Part shown: positions 8,573 through 17,696 of the stretch, in pieces
Layout: each line of letters begins with the position of its first letter
Numbering within the stretch: the first letter of the stretch is position 1
Origin: Chthoniobacterales bacterium
GTDB lineage: Bacteria; Verrucomicrobiota; Verrucomicrobiia; Chthoniobacterales; DASVRZ01
Reading direction: 5' to 3'
Length of the DNA stretch: 64,000 nt
Assembly: GCA_038228695.1 (NCBI GenBank)
Contig: JBBRPA010000002.1
Span: 32,080 to 96,079, forward strand
Position numbers and translations under genes: made by a program
The notes under the pieces: generated by a model
Database searches by the model: none
What the model was told of the DNA's origin: nothing
What the model saw: the letters and a program-made list of their open reading frames with translations, nothing else

Positions 8573-10008
8573 GCCGTTTCGTTTTTTTCCGTTCAGCCTT
8601 GTTGCTCGTGGCGATCTGGGCCGGGATCTATCTGCCAACGCTCGGCACGCTGGAATTGCGGGGCGAAGAAGGCCGGCGGATCCTGCCGGGGCAGACCATG
8701 CTCCGAACGGGAGACTGGATCGTTCCGCAAGTCGGCGGCGAGGTGTATTTGCGCAAACCGCCCATGATCAACTGGCTGGCGGCGCTCAGTTTTAAATTTA
8801 CCGGGGTGGAAAACGAGTGGACCGCGCGCCTGCCCTCGGTTCTGGGTGTGCTCATCCTCGTACTCGCAGTGTTTTTCGCCGGGGAACGTTGGCTGGGCTT
8901 TGAAACGGCGTTTGCCGCCGCGGTTTTTTCCATGACCACGATCGGTATGATCGAAAAGGGCCGGTTGTTAGAGATCGACGCGCTCTATTCTGTGGCGGCG
9001 GGTCTGGCAATACTCGCTTGGTTGCACGGATGGATGCTCGACCGGCCGTGGTCCGGCTGGATTGGTGCAGGTCTCTCCCTCGGTTTCGGCTACCTTTTGA
9101 AGGGACCCGTGCTGCTGCTGTTTTTCTACGCGGTGGTTCTAGCGGTGTTGTGGAAAGACGGAAGGCTGCGGAAAATACTTCATCCCGCGCACGGCCTTGG
9201 GCTGCTGATTGCGATCGGGCTGGCTGCGCTCTGGTGGGTGCCGTTCCACGAGCGCACGGCGGGTGCGGGCGGGGCGATGATCAAACAACTAACCGACCGT
9301 ATCGACGGCTCCGACTTCAATCTCGCCGGATGGCTGCTGAACCTCCCGCGCGGCTTCGTCAACCTCCTGCCGTGGTCTCTTTTTATTGCGCTCGCCTGGG
9401 TTCCTTTGCGGCCCGAGACGCCCGCCAAACTCCGCGGACTTTACTTCGGATTGCGCGCGGCGGTAGTGGCCACGTTTTTGGTCGTCAGCCTCGCCCCAGG
9501 TTCGCTTCCGCGTTACACCATGCCGGTCACGTTGCCGTTCGCCTTGCTCGTAGCGCTGCTCTTAACTTGGGGAACCCTGCCTGAGTGGTTGTGGAAAATT
9601 TGGCGTATCGCCACCGGCGGCGGGGTGGGGGGATTGAAAATTCTCGCCCAGCGTTGTGGCGTGCTCATGGTTTTTCTGATCGCCGCTTACTCGCTGGCAG
9701 TCGTCCCGAAAATGAAAAAGCGCTCCCTTTGGCGCACCACCGGTGAAAAAATCAACGCCGCCATTCCCAGCGGCGCGACGCTTTACGCGGTCGATCCTGG
9801 ATCACAGCCCATCTTTTTCTACCTCACGAATTCTTATCAGTTCATCGACAAGGCGGACCACCTACCGAAGGACGCTCGTTTCATTCTGGCCCGAGGTAAG
9901 CCGCTAGCCAATGTTAGAAAACATCATCCCGAGGCGAAGGAACTCGTTACCTACCAAGATCGGGGCGACAAGACTAGCGTCTTGCTCGAAGTCCAGCCCA
10001 GACGATGA
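8515..10008 (+). CDS. ArnT/PMT-like family 39 glycosyltransferase (polytopic membrane)
   Basis: The N-terminal loop RGEEGRRILPGQTMLRTGDWIVPQVGGEVYLRKPPMINW is typical of the GT39/ArnT family, and there are 10 or more hydrophobic helices. An alternative start is the GTG at 8569, which forms a GTGA overlap with the GT2 stop. Confidence 0.8.
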   Translation: MPSVPAPAIEHEGFSESRVSRFVFFRSALLLVAIWAGIYLPTLGTLELRGEEGRRILPGQTMLRTGDWIVPQVGGEVYLRKPPMINWLAALSFKFTGVENEWTARLPSVLGVLILVLAVFFAGERWLGFETAFAAAVFSMTTIGMIEKGRLLEIDALYSVAAGLAILAWLHGWMLDRPWSGWIGAGLSLGFGYLLKGPVLLLFFYAVVLAVLWKDGRLRKILHPAHGLGLLIAIGLAALWWVPFHERTAGAGGAMIKQLTDRIDGSDFNLAGWLLNLPRGFVNLLPWSLFIALAWVPLRPETPAKLRGLYFGLRAAVVATFLVVSLAPGSLPRYTMPVTLPFALLVALLLTWGTLPEWLWKIWRIATGGGVGGLKILAQRCGVLMVFLIAAYSLAVVPKMKKRSLWRTTGEKINAAIPSGATLYAVDPGSQPIFFYLTNSYQFIDKADHLPKDARFILARGKPLANVRKHHPEAKELVTYQDRGDKTSVLLEVQPRR

Positions 10009-10074
10009 GAGCGTCCTGCGCCGTGTAAGTTTCCCCTTTGCGCCTCCGCCAATCTCCCCTAAATTCGCCGCCCT

Positions 10075-11205
10075 ATGTTATCCGCTGGAATCGTCGGCCT
10101 CCCCAATGTCGGCAAATCAACCCTCTTCAACGCCGTCACTCGCACCCGCAAGGCCACCGCGGCAAACTACCCGTTTTGCACGATTGACCCGAACGTCGGC
10201 ATCGTCACTGTTCCCGACGCGCGGCTTGAGGTCCTCTCAAAAATCAGCGGTTCGCAAAAAATCATCCCCGCTGCGATCGAATTCGTGGACATCGCCGGCC
10301 TCGTGAAAGACGCCAGCAAAGGCGAGGGCCTCGGCAACCAATTCCTCGCCAACATTCGCGAGACCGACGCCATCGTCCAAGTCGTCCGCTGCTTCGAGGA
10401 CGACGACATTCACCACGTCTCAGGCACCGTCGATCCCGTGCGCGACATCGAGGTGATCAACACCGAACTCATCCTTGCTGACATGGCCTCTTTGCAAAAA
10501 CGGGCTGACCGCCAGAAAAAAGCCGCCCGCGTCGGCGACAAGACCGCGCTCGCCGAAATCGCTCTCATCGAACGCCTGCTCCCTTACCTCGACTCCGGCA
10601 AACCGGCAGTCACTTTTGAAGCCAGCGCCGAGGAGAAAAAACTCATTCACGACTTCTTTCTTCTGAGCGCCAAGCCCGTCATTTTTGCCTGCAACGTTGC
10701 GGAAAGCGACTTGCCCGTGGTCAGCAACGACCTAGCAAATGCCACTTCGCCCGCCGCTGGTTACATCAAAGCCGTCCGCGACTACGTCAGCAAACATCTC
10801 AACACCGAGGCGGTCATCATTAGCGCGCAAATTGAGAGCGAATTGATCGATCTTTCCGCAGAGGAAGCGGCAGATTATTTGAAAGATTTGGGCGTCGCCG
10901 AAAGTGGTGTCGGGACCTTGATTCGGTCGGTTTACCATTTGCTCGGTCTGCGGACTTATCTGACCACTGGTGAAAAAGAAACCCGCGCTTGGACAATTCG
11001 CATTGGCGACAAAGCTCCCGCGGCAGCGGGCGTGATCCACAGTGACTTCGAACGTGGCTTCATCGCAGCGGAAACCGTGGCATTCGACGATCTTTCCCGG
11101 CTGGGCAGTCTGGCCAAGGCGCGCGAGGCGGGCAAACTTCGGATCGAGGGTAAGGAATACGTCGTGCAGGACGGGGACGTCTTCGATTTCCGGTTCAACG
11201 TCTAA
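10075..11205 (+). CDS. ychF: redox-regulated ATPase YchF
   Basis: [17 protein letters not shown]-loop, [10 protein letters not shown], and the C-terminal TGS-like end [13 protein letters not shown]. Confidence 0.95.
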   Translation: MLSAGIVGLPNVGKSTLFNAVTRTRKATAANYPFCTIDPNVGIVTVPDARLEVLSKISGSQKIIPAAIEFVDIAGLVKDASKGEGLGNQFLANIRETDAIVQVVRCFEDDDIHHVSGTVDPVRDIEVINTELILADMASLQKRADRQKKAARVGDKTALAEIALIERLLPYLDSGKPAVTFEASAEEKKLIHDFFLLSAKPVIFACNVAESDLPVVSNDLANATSPAAGYIKAVRDYVSKHLNTEAVIISAQIESELIDLSAEEAADYLKDLGVAESGVGTLIRSVYHLLGLRTYLTTGEKETRAWTIRIGDKAPAAAGVIHSDFERGFIAAETVAFDDLSRLGSLAKAREAGKLRIEGKEYVVQDGDVFDFRFNV

Positions 11206-11374
11206 AAAAGTCGCAGCGCAGCTGTCCCATCTGAAAAGAGGGTCTAATCCGCGTCAACGATGCGTCCAAATGGCGCGAACTTCACACCCACCTCATTAGC
11301 AACTCGCCTGCGCAATATACGGACCGATACTTTTCAGCGTTTCCGGCAAAGTTGACGAAAATTCTCTCAGAAAC

Positions 11375-12148
11375 TTATTTTGGCATGGCGGCGATCACCG
11401 CGTCCTGCGGTTTTTGAAAGGCATCTGCCGCTGGATTAGAAATTGTGACGTTAGCTAAAGTGGCCTCTCCGAGCATTTCGCCAGTGAGGCCGTTTTCCTT
11501 TGACCAATTCCAGAAGGTCCATTTCGTCGGGGTCGAAATGCCGTCAAAATCCTCGAACGTCTCGTAGAAAATCGCGTGAGGCTCCTTTTCCGCCTCTGTT
11601 TGATTGCGTCCAAAGGTTACAATGTAGGCCATGGCCGTCAGTCGGTTGCTTTTTGGGTCGCGATACAGAACATACCAGTCGTCCGACGCATCACCGGTTC
11701 CGTTGGCGAAAGTTAATTTGGCGGTGTCGTATTCTTTGCCGCGAAGGATGGCCTTGCCAGTCTCCTCGATGTAGGTTCCGGGATCATTCAACTTATAAGG
11801 CGCAGCCCAGAAATAGGCCCAAGTAAAAATATCGAACCGGGCGCGAGGCCATTCGGCTTTTGCAGGAGAAAGCCAGACATCGTTTCCGTCAAAAATTAGG
11901 GTCGCACCATCCGCCCGCTCGAGTCGAATGCCAGAATTGGAAGGGGTCATGAGAATTTTCCCCAAAAATCGCTCCTCTCCTCCAAATTTGAGTTTGAAAT
12001 TAGCCTTCAGTGCGGGTGCTTTACGCCAGTTGGCAGCGTTTTGCGCGACTTGGATCGGACCGGCGAAACCAGCAGCTTCGGCGTGGGCCAAATGGGCGGT
12101 GGAAAAAATTGCGAGTGCAACAAACAGGCGAGGTAATTTTGATTTCAT
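11375..12148 (-). CDS. secreted protein of unknown function, divergent from the opsin gene
   Basis: Sec signal MKSKLPRLFVALAIFSTAHLAHA (ATG at 12148). The rest resembles a family of Bacteroidota/Verrucomicrobiota secreted proteins that I recall as DUF6503-like (YFWAAPYKLNDPG...DDWYVLY). Confidence 0.7.
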   Translation of the reverse strand: MKSKLPRLFVALAIFSTAHLAHAEAAGFAGPIQVAQNAANWRKAPALKANFKLKFGGEERFLGKILMTPSNSGIRLERADGATLIFDGNDVWLSPAKAEWPRARFDIFTWAYFWAAPYKLNDPGTYIEETGKAILRGKEYDTAKLTFANGTGDASDDWYVLYRDPKSNRLTAMAYIVTFGRNQTEAEKEPHAIFYETFEDFDGISTPTKWTFWNWSKENGLTGEMLGEATLANVTISNPAADAFQKPQDAVIAAMPK

Positions 12149-12366
12149 GGAAATTAGATTGGTCGGTTGGATTATAAAAAAGTGAGGCTTTTTGCCAATT
12201 TTCAAAGTCCCACAAAATGATTTTTTAACGAAACGCGAAAAATATCGTCCAAGATTCATATTTTTGCATCTTTCGCTCCGATGGTGAACGTAACCCCTCT
12301 CTGATGTCAGACCTACGGTAAGTGCCGCAGGCGATGGACATTTGTTTCAACCCAACCTAATTACCT
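12149..12366. promoter_or_regulatory. AT-rich divergent intergenic region (presumed promoters of the opsin gene and the secreted-protein gene)
   Basis: 218 nt between two divergent start codons. The first ~130 nt are conspicuously AT-rich relative to the window. No promoter boxes confidently assigned. Confidence 0.4.
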
Positions 12367-13191
12367 ATGCACAATCGAAATCGCAGTTCACGTTCGTGGT
12401 CCAACCCCCTTTTAATTAGCAGCTTCTTGGCATTGTTGCCGGGTTCTGTTTTTGCCTCGGGTTTAACCTCACTCCCCATCGCCTCAGCCAATTTGAAACC
12501 GGACGATGTTGTCGGGATTTCCTTTTGGTTTATTTCCATGGCACTTGTCGCGGCTACGGCTTTTTTCTTTAACGAGCGGCACCGTGTTTCGAAGAAATGG
12601 AGCACTTCGTTGAACGTTTCTGGTCTCGTCACCCTCGTTGCCGCGGTCCATTACTTTTACATGCGAGACGTTTGGGTTGCGACCGGTAATACCCCAACGG
12701 TTTTTCGTTACATCGACTGGCTGATTACTGTTCCGCTTTTGATGGTGGAATTTTATCTGATCCTTTCAGCCGTCGGCAAGGTTTCTGCGGGAATCTTCTG
12801 GCGTCTGTTGATCGGAACGCTCGTCATGCTCGTTGGCGGCTACTTGGGTGAAGCGCGGTTGATCGGAGCTTGGCCCGGTTTCATCATCGGTATGGTCGGC
12901 TGGGCCTACATTCTCTTCGAGATTTTTGTTGGTGAGGCCAGCAAAGCTAACGCCAGTTCGGCTTCTCCCGCAGTCAAGTCGGCATTCGGTCTGATGCGGA
13001 TCATTGTCACTATTGGTTGGGCAGTTTACCCAATTGGATATTTCGTCGGTTACCTTACCGGTGCTGATTCCGCTTCCAGCATGTCAGGCCTTAATTTGGT
13101 CTACAATTTCGCTGACGTGCTCAACAAGATCGCCTTCGGAGTGATCATTTGGGCTGCAGCAGTAAAAGATTCTGACGGCAAAGCCGCCTAA
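12367..13191 (+). CDS. proteorhodopsin (green-type, DTE-motif light-driven H+ pump)
   Basis: Signal peptide followed by 7 TM helices. RYIDWLITVPLLMVEF gives D/T/E at the acceptor/donor positions. Leu sits at the GPR-105 tuning position. The His of AAVHYFYMR is conserved, and the Schiff-base Lys lies in YNFADVLNKIAFGVIIW. The sequence is alignable by eye along its whole length with the SAR86 green proteorhodopsin as I remember it. Confidence 0.95.
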   Translation: MHNRNRSSRSWSNPLLISSFLALLPGSVFASGLTSLPIASANLKPDDVVGISFWFISMALVAATAFFFNERHRVSKKWSTSLNVSGLVTLVAAVHYFYMRDVWVATGNTPTVFRYIDWLITVPLLMVEFYLILSAVGKVSAGIFWRLLIGTLVMLVGGYLGEARLIGAWPGFIIGMVGWAYILFEIFVGEASKANASSASPAVKSAFGLMRIIVTIGWAVYPIGYFVGYLTGADSASSMSGLNLVYNFADVLNKIAFGVIIWAAAVKDSDGKAA

Positions 13192-13201
13192 TAAATTCTT
13201 C

Positions 13202-13253
13202 GCTTCGTGGATGGTGACGTAAAATCTCGCTGTCCACGAAGCTGAATTTTTTT
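13202..13253 (+). terminator. hairpin plus T-run between the opsin gene and crtE (terminator/attenuator)
   Basis: GCTTCGTGGA (13202-13211) pairs perfectly with TCCACGAAGC (13233-13242) across a 21-nt loop, followed by TGAATTTTTTT. Confidence 0.5.
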
Positions 13254-13304
13254 CAAAGGTAGTTAGTTACTTTCCCGAAACCGGGGTTAGCGTGCTAAAT
13301 TACT

Positions 13305-14204
13305 ATGGCTTTAACTGTTAGTCCGGTAACTCAGAAACTCTCCATCGCGGGCTTACTGGCCGGTGTTGAGGAGTTGATGAATATTCTCCTTACTTCCGGG
13401 TCGGAGTCGGCTGATGAAAAATCGGTTGCGGTAGAAGCGGCGCACTATCATCTGGCGTGTGGCGGTCAGCGAGTAAGGGCAAAGATAGCGCTACACTCCG
13501 CACTGGCTCTAGACATCGGTGAAAAGGACGCTCTCGCTCTTGCGGCAGCTGCGGAGCTTCTCCACAACGCTTCGCTTGTTCACGATGATGTAGTAGACTG
13601 CGAGGAGTTTCGACGGGGATCGAAAACGGTGGTCGCCAAGTTCGGAAAAACCGTGGCTATTTGTACAGGTGATTTGCTTCTTTCGGCTGCTTGGTTAGCC
13701 CTCGCGCAAGTTTCTGTAACCGATCGTCTTCCGGCTTTGTTAGGCGTTCTGCATGCTAGAACCGCAGAGGCCATTAACGGGCAATGTGCGGAAATCCGTC
13801 ACCGTGCCGTTTGCGGTGATTCTTGGGAACTCTACGAAGACGTCGCGAGAAAAAAATCGGGAGCTTTGCTGGGACTACCGTTGCAACTGTCCCTGATTGC
13901 GTCCGGTAATGCCGATTACGCAGCCTGCGCGCTTCGCTGTGCGGAATCCTTTGCAGTAGCCTACCAAATTATTGACGACCTGAACGATGCCGACCTCGAT
14001 CGGGAAAATGTTGATCGTCCCGCTTGTTTTAATGCGATTCTCCTGCTCGAAGAATCTAACCCTACGAACATCGCTTGCGAGATAGCCCGTCACCGGGCGC
14101 ACCTCCGGCTGTGCGAAGCCACGGAGCTCGCGACCACCCTGCCCGCGAACGCGGGTGGACTGCTGCTCGATCTGGCTCGCGACATGATCGAGCAAATTTC
14201 GTGA
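13305..14204 (+). CDS. crtE: geranylgeranyl diphosphate synthase (polyprenyl synthetase)
   Basis: Two aspartate-rich motifs, LVHDDVVD and IIDDLND, in a 299-aa polyprenyl synthetase-like ORF. It is the first gene of the carotenoid block. Confidence 0.85.
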   Translation: MALTVSPVTQKLSIAGLLAGVEELMNILLTSGSESADEKSVAVEAAHYHLACGGQRVRAKIALHSALALDIGEKDALALAAAAELLHNASLVHDDVVDCEEFRRGSKTVVAKFGKTVAICTGDLLLSAAWLALAQVSVTDRLPALLGVLHARTAEAINGQCAEIRHRAVCGDSWELYEDVARKKSGALLGLPLQLSLIASGNADYAACALRCAESFAVAYQIIDDLNDADLDRENVDRPACFNAILLLEESNPTNIACEIARHRAHLRLCEATELATTLPANAGGLLLDLARDMIEQIS

Positions 14205-15688
14205 AGGCCGAGGCCCGTGCCATTGTAATCGGCTCGGGTTTTGGTGGATTGGCGGCTGGTTTGCGTTTGCGCGCACTGGGCTACGAGGTGGAAGTCTGGG
14301 AAAGGGGTTCCGAGCCGGGCGGACGAGCGGCTGTTTTTCGCCGAGACGGATTTGTATATGATGCTGGGCCAACCGTGATTACTGCGCCGTTTTTGTTCGA
14401 TGAACTTTTCGCCTTATTTGGCGAGAAGCGTTCCGATCATATTGAGTTTCTGCCCGTGAAGCCGTGGTATCGGATGATCGATGCGGAGGGCGGCACGTTC
14501 GATTACGGCGGCACCGAGGAGGAGATCAAGCGCGAGGTGGCCCGGTTCAGCCCGGGGGACGCGGAAGGTTACAGCCGTCTGTTAGAACATTCCCAGCGAC
14601 TCTATGCGGAAGGATTCGAGCATCTTGGCGCGCAGCCATTTCATCAATTGCGGAACATGCTGGCCGCTACTCCGGCGTTAATCCGATTGCGCGGAGATCG
14701 AAGTGTTTGGCAGCTCGTTTGTCGGTATTTGAAGAACGATTCGCTGCGTCGCTTTTTCAGCATTCAGCCGCTCTTGGTCGGCGGGAATCCATTTGCCACC
14801 TCCTCGCTTTACTCGCTCATCCACTACTTGGAAATCAAGAGTGGCATCTGGTATCCGCAGGGTGGAACGGGCGCACTGATCCGGGCTTTGGTTGCGTTGG
14901 CGGAGCGTCACGGAATTACGTTTCAATTTAATAGAACCGTCACCAGCCTCGAAGTCGTGGACGGTCGTTTACGCGGGTTGCAAGCGGCAGATGGCTTACG
15001 GGAAGCCTGCGATCTGGTGGTCGCGAATGCGGATCCACCGCGCGTTTATCGGGATTGGATCGCGGCGCGGCACCGAAGAAAATGGACGGACCGTCGCCTG
15101 GACCGATTGAAATACTCGATGGGCTTGTTTGTGCTCTATTTTGGAACGGATCTTCCCTATCCCGATGTGGCGCACCACACCATCTTGTTCAGCCGTCGTT
15201 ACCGTGAACTGCTATCCGATATTTTCGAAAACGGCGTTCTGGCGGAAGATCCCAGTCTCTACCTTCATCGACCTGCTGCGACCGATCCGTCCATGGCTCC
15301 GGAAGGACGGGATGCCTTTTACGTGCTCGCACCGGTCCCCAATCTGCAGACTGCTATCGATTGGGACACCACCGGACCACGCTATGCGGAACTAATTATC
15401 GACCAACTTGGTCAGCGTCTCATGCCCGAACTTCGGAAGCATCTCGTTTCGCAATTTTATGTCGCACCCACTTACTTTCGCGACGCTTTGCAGTCGGAGC
15501 ACGGCGCAGGGTTTTCCATTGCACCGATCCTCACCCAATCGGCATGGTTCCGCTTTCACAACAAAAGTGAGGACGTCGAAGGTCTCTACTTTGTCGGCGC
15601 GGGGACCCATCCCGGCGCGGGATTGCCGGGGGTTGTCACATCGGCCAAAGTCGTCGAAAATATCCTGCGGGAAGAAATGCTAACATGA
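14201..15688 (+). CDS. crtI: phytoene desaturase
   Basis: The GTG at 14201 overlaps the crtE stop (GTGA). FAD dinucleotide fold AIVIGSGFGGLAAGLRL. C-terminal signature YFVGAGTHPGAGLPGV. Confidence 0.9.
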   Translation: MKAEARAIVIGSGFGGLAAGLRLRALGYEVEVWERGSEPGGRAAVFRRDGFVYDAGPTVITAPFLFDELFALFGEKRSDHIEFLPVKPWYRMIDAEGGTFDYGGTEEEIKREVARFSPGDAEGYSRLLEHSQRLYAEGFEHLGAQPFHQLRNMLAATPALIRLRGDRSVWQLVCRYLKNDSLRRFFSIQPLLVGGNPFATSSLYSLIHYLEIKSGIWYPQGGTGALIRALVALAERHGITFQFNRTVTSLEVVDGRLRGLQAADGLREACDLVVANADPPRVYRDWIAARHRRKWTDRRLDRLKYSMGLFVLYFGTDLPYPDVAHHTILFSRRYRELLSDIFENGVLAEDPSLYLHRPAATDPSMAPEGRDAFYVLAPVPNLQTAIDWDTTGPRYAELIIDQLGQRLMPELRKHLVSQFYVAPTYFRDALQSEHGAGFSIAPILTQSAWFRFHNKSEDVEGLYFVGAGTHPGAGLPGVVTSAKVVENILREEMLT

Positions 15689-16581
15689 GCGATGCTAACA
15701 CAACACCAGAGGATTTGCTCGCGCGGCACGGACGTAGTTTTCATCTTGCGGGTCGTTTTCTTTCTCTGGAAACGAGAGCCCGCGCTACGCGATTATACGC
15801 CTTCTGTCGCGTGCTCGACGATCTTGCTGACGAAGCCGAATCTGCCAGTGGTGCTAGCAAGAGTTTGCAAGAATTGGTCGGTCATTTAGTCACCTCCGCT
15901 GAACCGGTGGCGCAGCTCTATCGCTCGCTTGGGCTCCGCGACAATGAACCGGCCGACACGCTGCTCCGGACGCTCGCAACCGACACTGGCCCGTGCCGTT
16001 TTCAAAACGCGGACGAACTTTTGCGCTATGCCCACGGAGTGGCCGGGACGGTTGGGCTCATGATGTCCGAGGTGCTGGGCGCGGATTCGCCAGAGGCGCG
16101 GCCGCACGCCCTCGATCTCGGGGTGGGAATGCAACTAGTAAACATCGCGCGTGACGTCCGCGAAGATGCGGAACGCGATCGGGTCTATCTGCCGGCTGAA
16201 TGGCTCCCTGCCGGAGCGGATGCTAGTGCTCTCGCTACCCGTCCGGAAATCGCTTGGCTGGCGGCCCAGCGGGCAATCGAAGAGGCCGAAAAATATTTTT
16301 CGAGCGGATTCCGTGGCATTCGTCATTTGCCCCAAAAAAACCAGCGGGGCATCTGGATCGCTGGCCGAGTCTATCGCGAAATTGGGCAGGAGATTTTACA
16401 AGGAGGGGCAGCCGGCCTTCGTAAACGCGCGGTTGTTCCCGGTTGGCGGAAGTTTCTCCTAACCATCGGATGCCTGATCACGCCCTCCGCGCTCACCCCG
16501 TTTGGTCGGGACGGCGAAATGAACCACAACGCTGATTTGCACCGTCCGCTGACCGGCCTGTGTGGAATCCATTTGAGGTGA
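15685..16581 (+). CDS. crtB: phytoene synthase
   Basis: ATGA overlap with the crtI stop. Squalene/phytoene synthase motifs YAFCRVLDDLADE and LVNIARDVREDAERDRVYLP. Confidence 0.9.
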   Translation: MSDANTTPEDLLARHGRSFHLAGRFLSLETRARATRLYAFCRVLDDLADEAESASGASKSLQELVGHLVTSAEPVAQLYRSLGLRDNEPADTLLRTLATDTGPCRFQNADELLRYAHGVAGTVGLMMSEVLGADSPEARPHALDLGVGMQLVNIARDVREDAERDRVYLPAEWLPAGADASALATRPEIAWLAAQRAIEEAEKYFSSGFRGIRHLPQKNQRGIWIAGRVYREIGQEILQGGAAGLRKRAVVPGWRKFLLTIGCLITPSALTPFGRDGEMNHNADLHRPLTGLCGIHLR

Positions 16582-17696
16582 AAACGCAAATCGATGTCGC
16601 CATTCTGGGAGCCGGTCTCGCCGGTCTGAGTCTGGCAGTGCGGTTGTGTAAACTTCCACGACCGCCCAGCATCTTATTGATTGACCCCCGGCTGGATTAT
16701 TTAAGGGATCGAACTTGGTGCCATTGGGCGGCGGCACCTCATCCATTTTTGGATTGCATATCCCATCGCTGGCCGCGCTGGACCGTGCGAAACGGCAATC
16801 AATCGATCACTCGGGAGTCCGCGGAGTTTCCCTATGTGCGCATTCCCGCGGATGCGCTCTACACCCAAGCGCGTGAGCTACTAGCATTAGCGCCCGAAGT
16901 CGAGTGGGCGCTTGGCCAGACCGCCGAGCATCTACGGGAAACAGACGCAGGAGTCGAGATCGACTTGAGCGGGGGAACGCGCGTGACCACTGGGAAAATT
17001 TACGACAGTCGGCCCTTGGAGTCGGCAGCGACAGGAGGTTGGCGGCAGATTTTTCGTGGGCTGGAATTGCGTTCATCGCAGACTCAATTGAGCACCGACG
17101 AGGTTACGCTGATGGATTTTCAAAGCGCGGGCCGAGCAGGGATTCGTTTTTTCTACGCGCTGCCGCTGTCTGCTAACACCATACTTGTGGAGGATACGCG
17201 GCTTTGTCCGCCTCGCGGGACCGTCGAGTTTTCAGATGAAGCGATCATCGATTACGCCAGCGAACATTTCGGTGGCGGACCGTGGGAGGTGATCCACCGC
17301 GAGGAGGGAGTGATTCCAATGCGTGTGATGAAGACACCGGCACAGGTTGGCTCTAACATTTCCATCGGCACGCGGGGTGGCGCCGTCCGGGCCTCCTCGG
17401 GATACGCATTTTCCCGGATTCAAGAACAGTCCGCGCGACTGGCAGGAGCTTACCCGAACGGCAGTGCTAACATCTTTGCCGGATCGACTGTAGACCGGCT
17501 GGATGAGATTTTTTTGCGAGTGCTGGACCGTGATCCCGGGCAATTGCCGGAATTGATGATGCAGCTTTTTCAAAAAACACCGACGCCCAGTCTCGTTCGT
17601 TTCATGGAGTCGAGGGCCAGTTGGAAAGATAATTTGACTGTCGTGCGCGCGTTGCCGTGTTGGCCATTTTTGCGCGCGGTGCTTTTCCCACAATGA
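16578..17696 (+). CDS. crtY: lycopene beta-cyclase
   Basis: FAD motif DVAILGAGLAGLSLA at the N-terminus, with CrtY-like length. The GTG at 16578 (GTGA overlap with the crtB stop) is preferred. An alternative GTG lies at 16560. Confidence 0.85.
   Translation: MKTQIDVAILGAGLAGLSLAVRLCKLPRPPSILLIDPRLDYLRDRTWCHWAAAPHPFLDCISHRWPRWTVRNGNQSITRESAEFPYVRIPADALYTQARELLALAPEVEWALGQTAEHLRETDAGVEIDLSGGTRVTTGKIYDSRPLESAATGGWRQIFRGLELRSSQTQLSTDEVTLMDFQSAGRAGIRFFYALPLSANTILVEDTRLCPPRGTVEFSDEAIIDYASEHFGGGPWEVIHREEGVIPMRVMKTPAQVGSNISIGTRGGAVRASSGYAFSRIQEQSARLAGAYPNGSANIFAGSTVDRLDEIFLRVLDRDPGQLPELMMQLFQKTPTPSLVRFMESRASWKDNLTVVRALPCWPFLRAVLFPQ

Noticed and set aside
12367-13191. The idea that this opsin is an antenna-binding (xanthorhodopsin-like, fenestrated) pump.
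   Set aside because: By eye, helix E (AWPGFIIGMVGWAYILFE) aligns with green proteorhodopsin (AWPAFIIGCLAWVYMIYE). This puts a bulky Phe, not Gly, at the position equivalent to the xanthorhodopsin antenna window. The cluster also lacks ketolase and hydroxylase genes. The alignment is from memory, so this is a tentative rejection.
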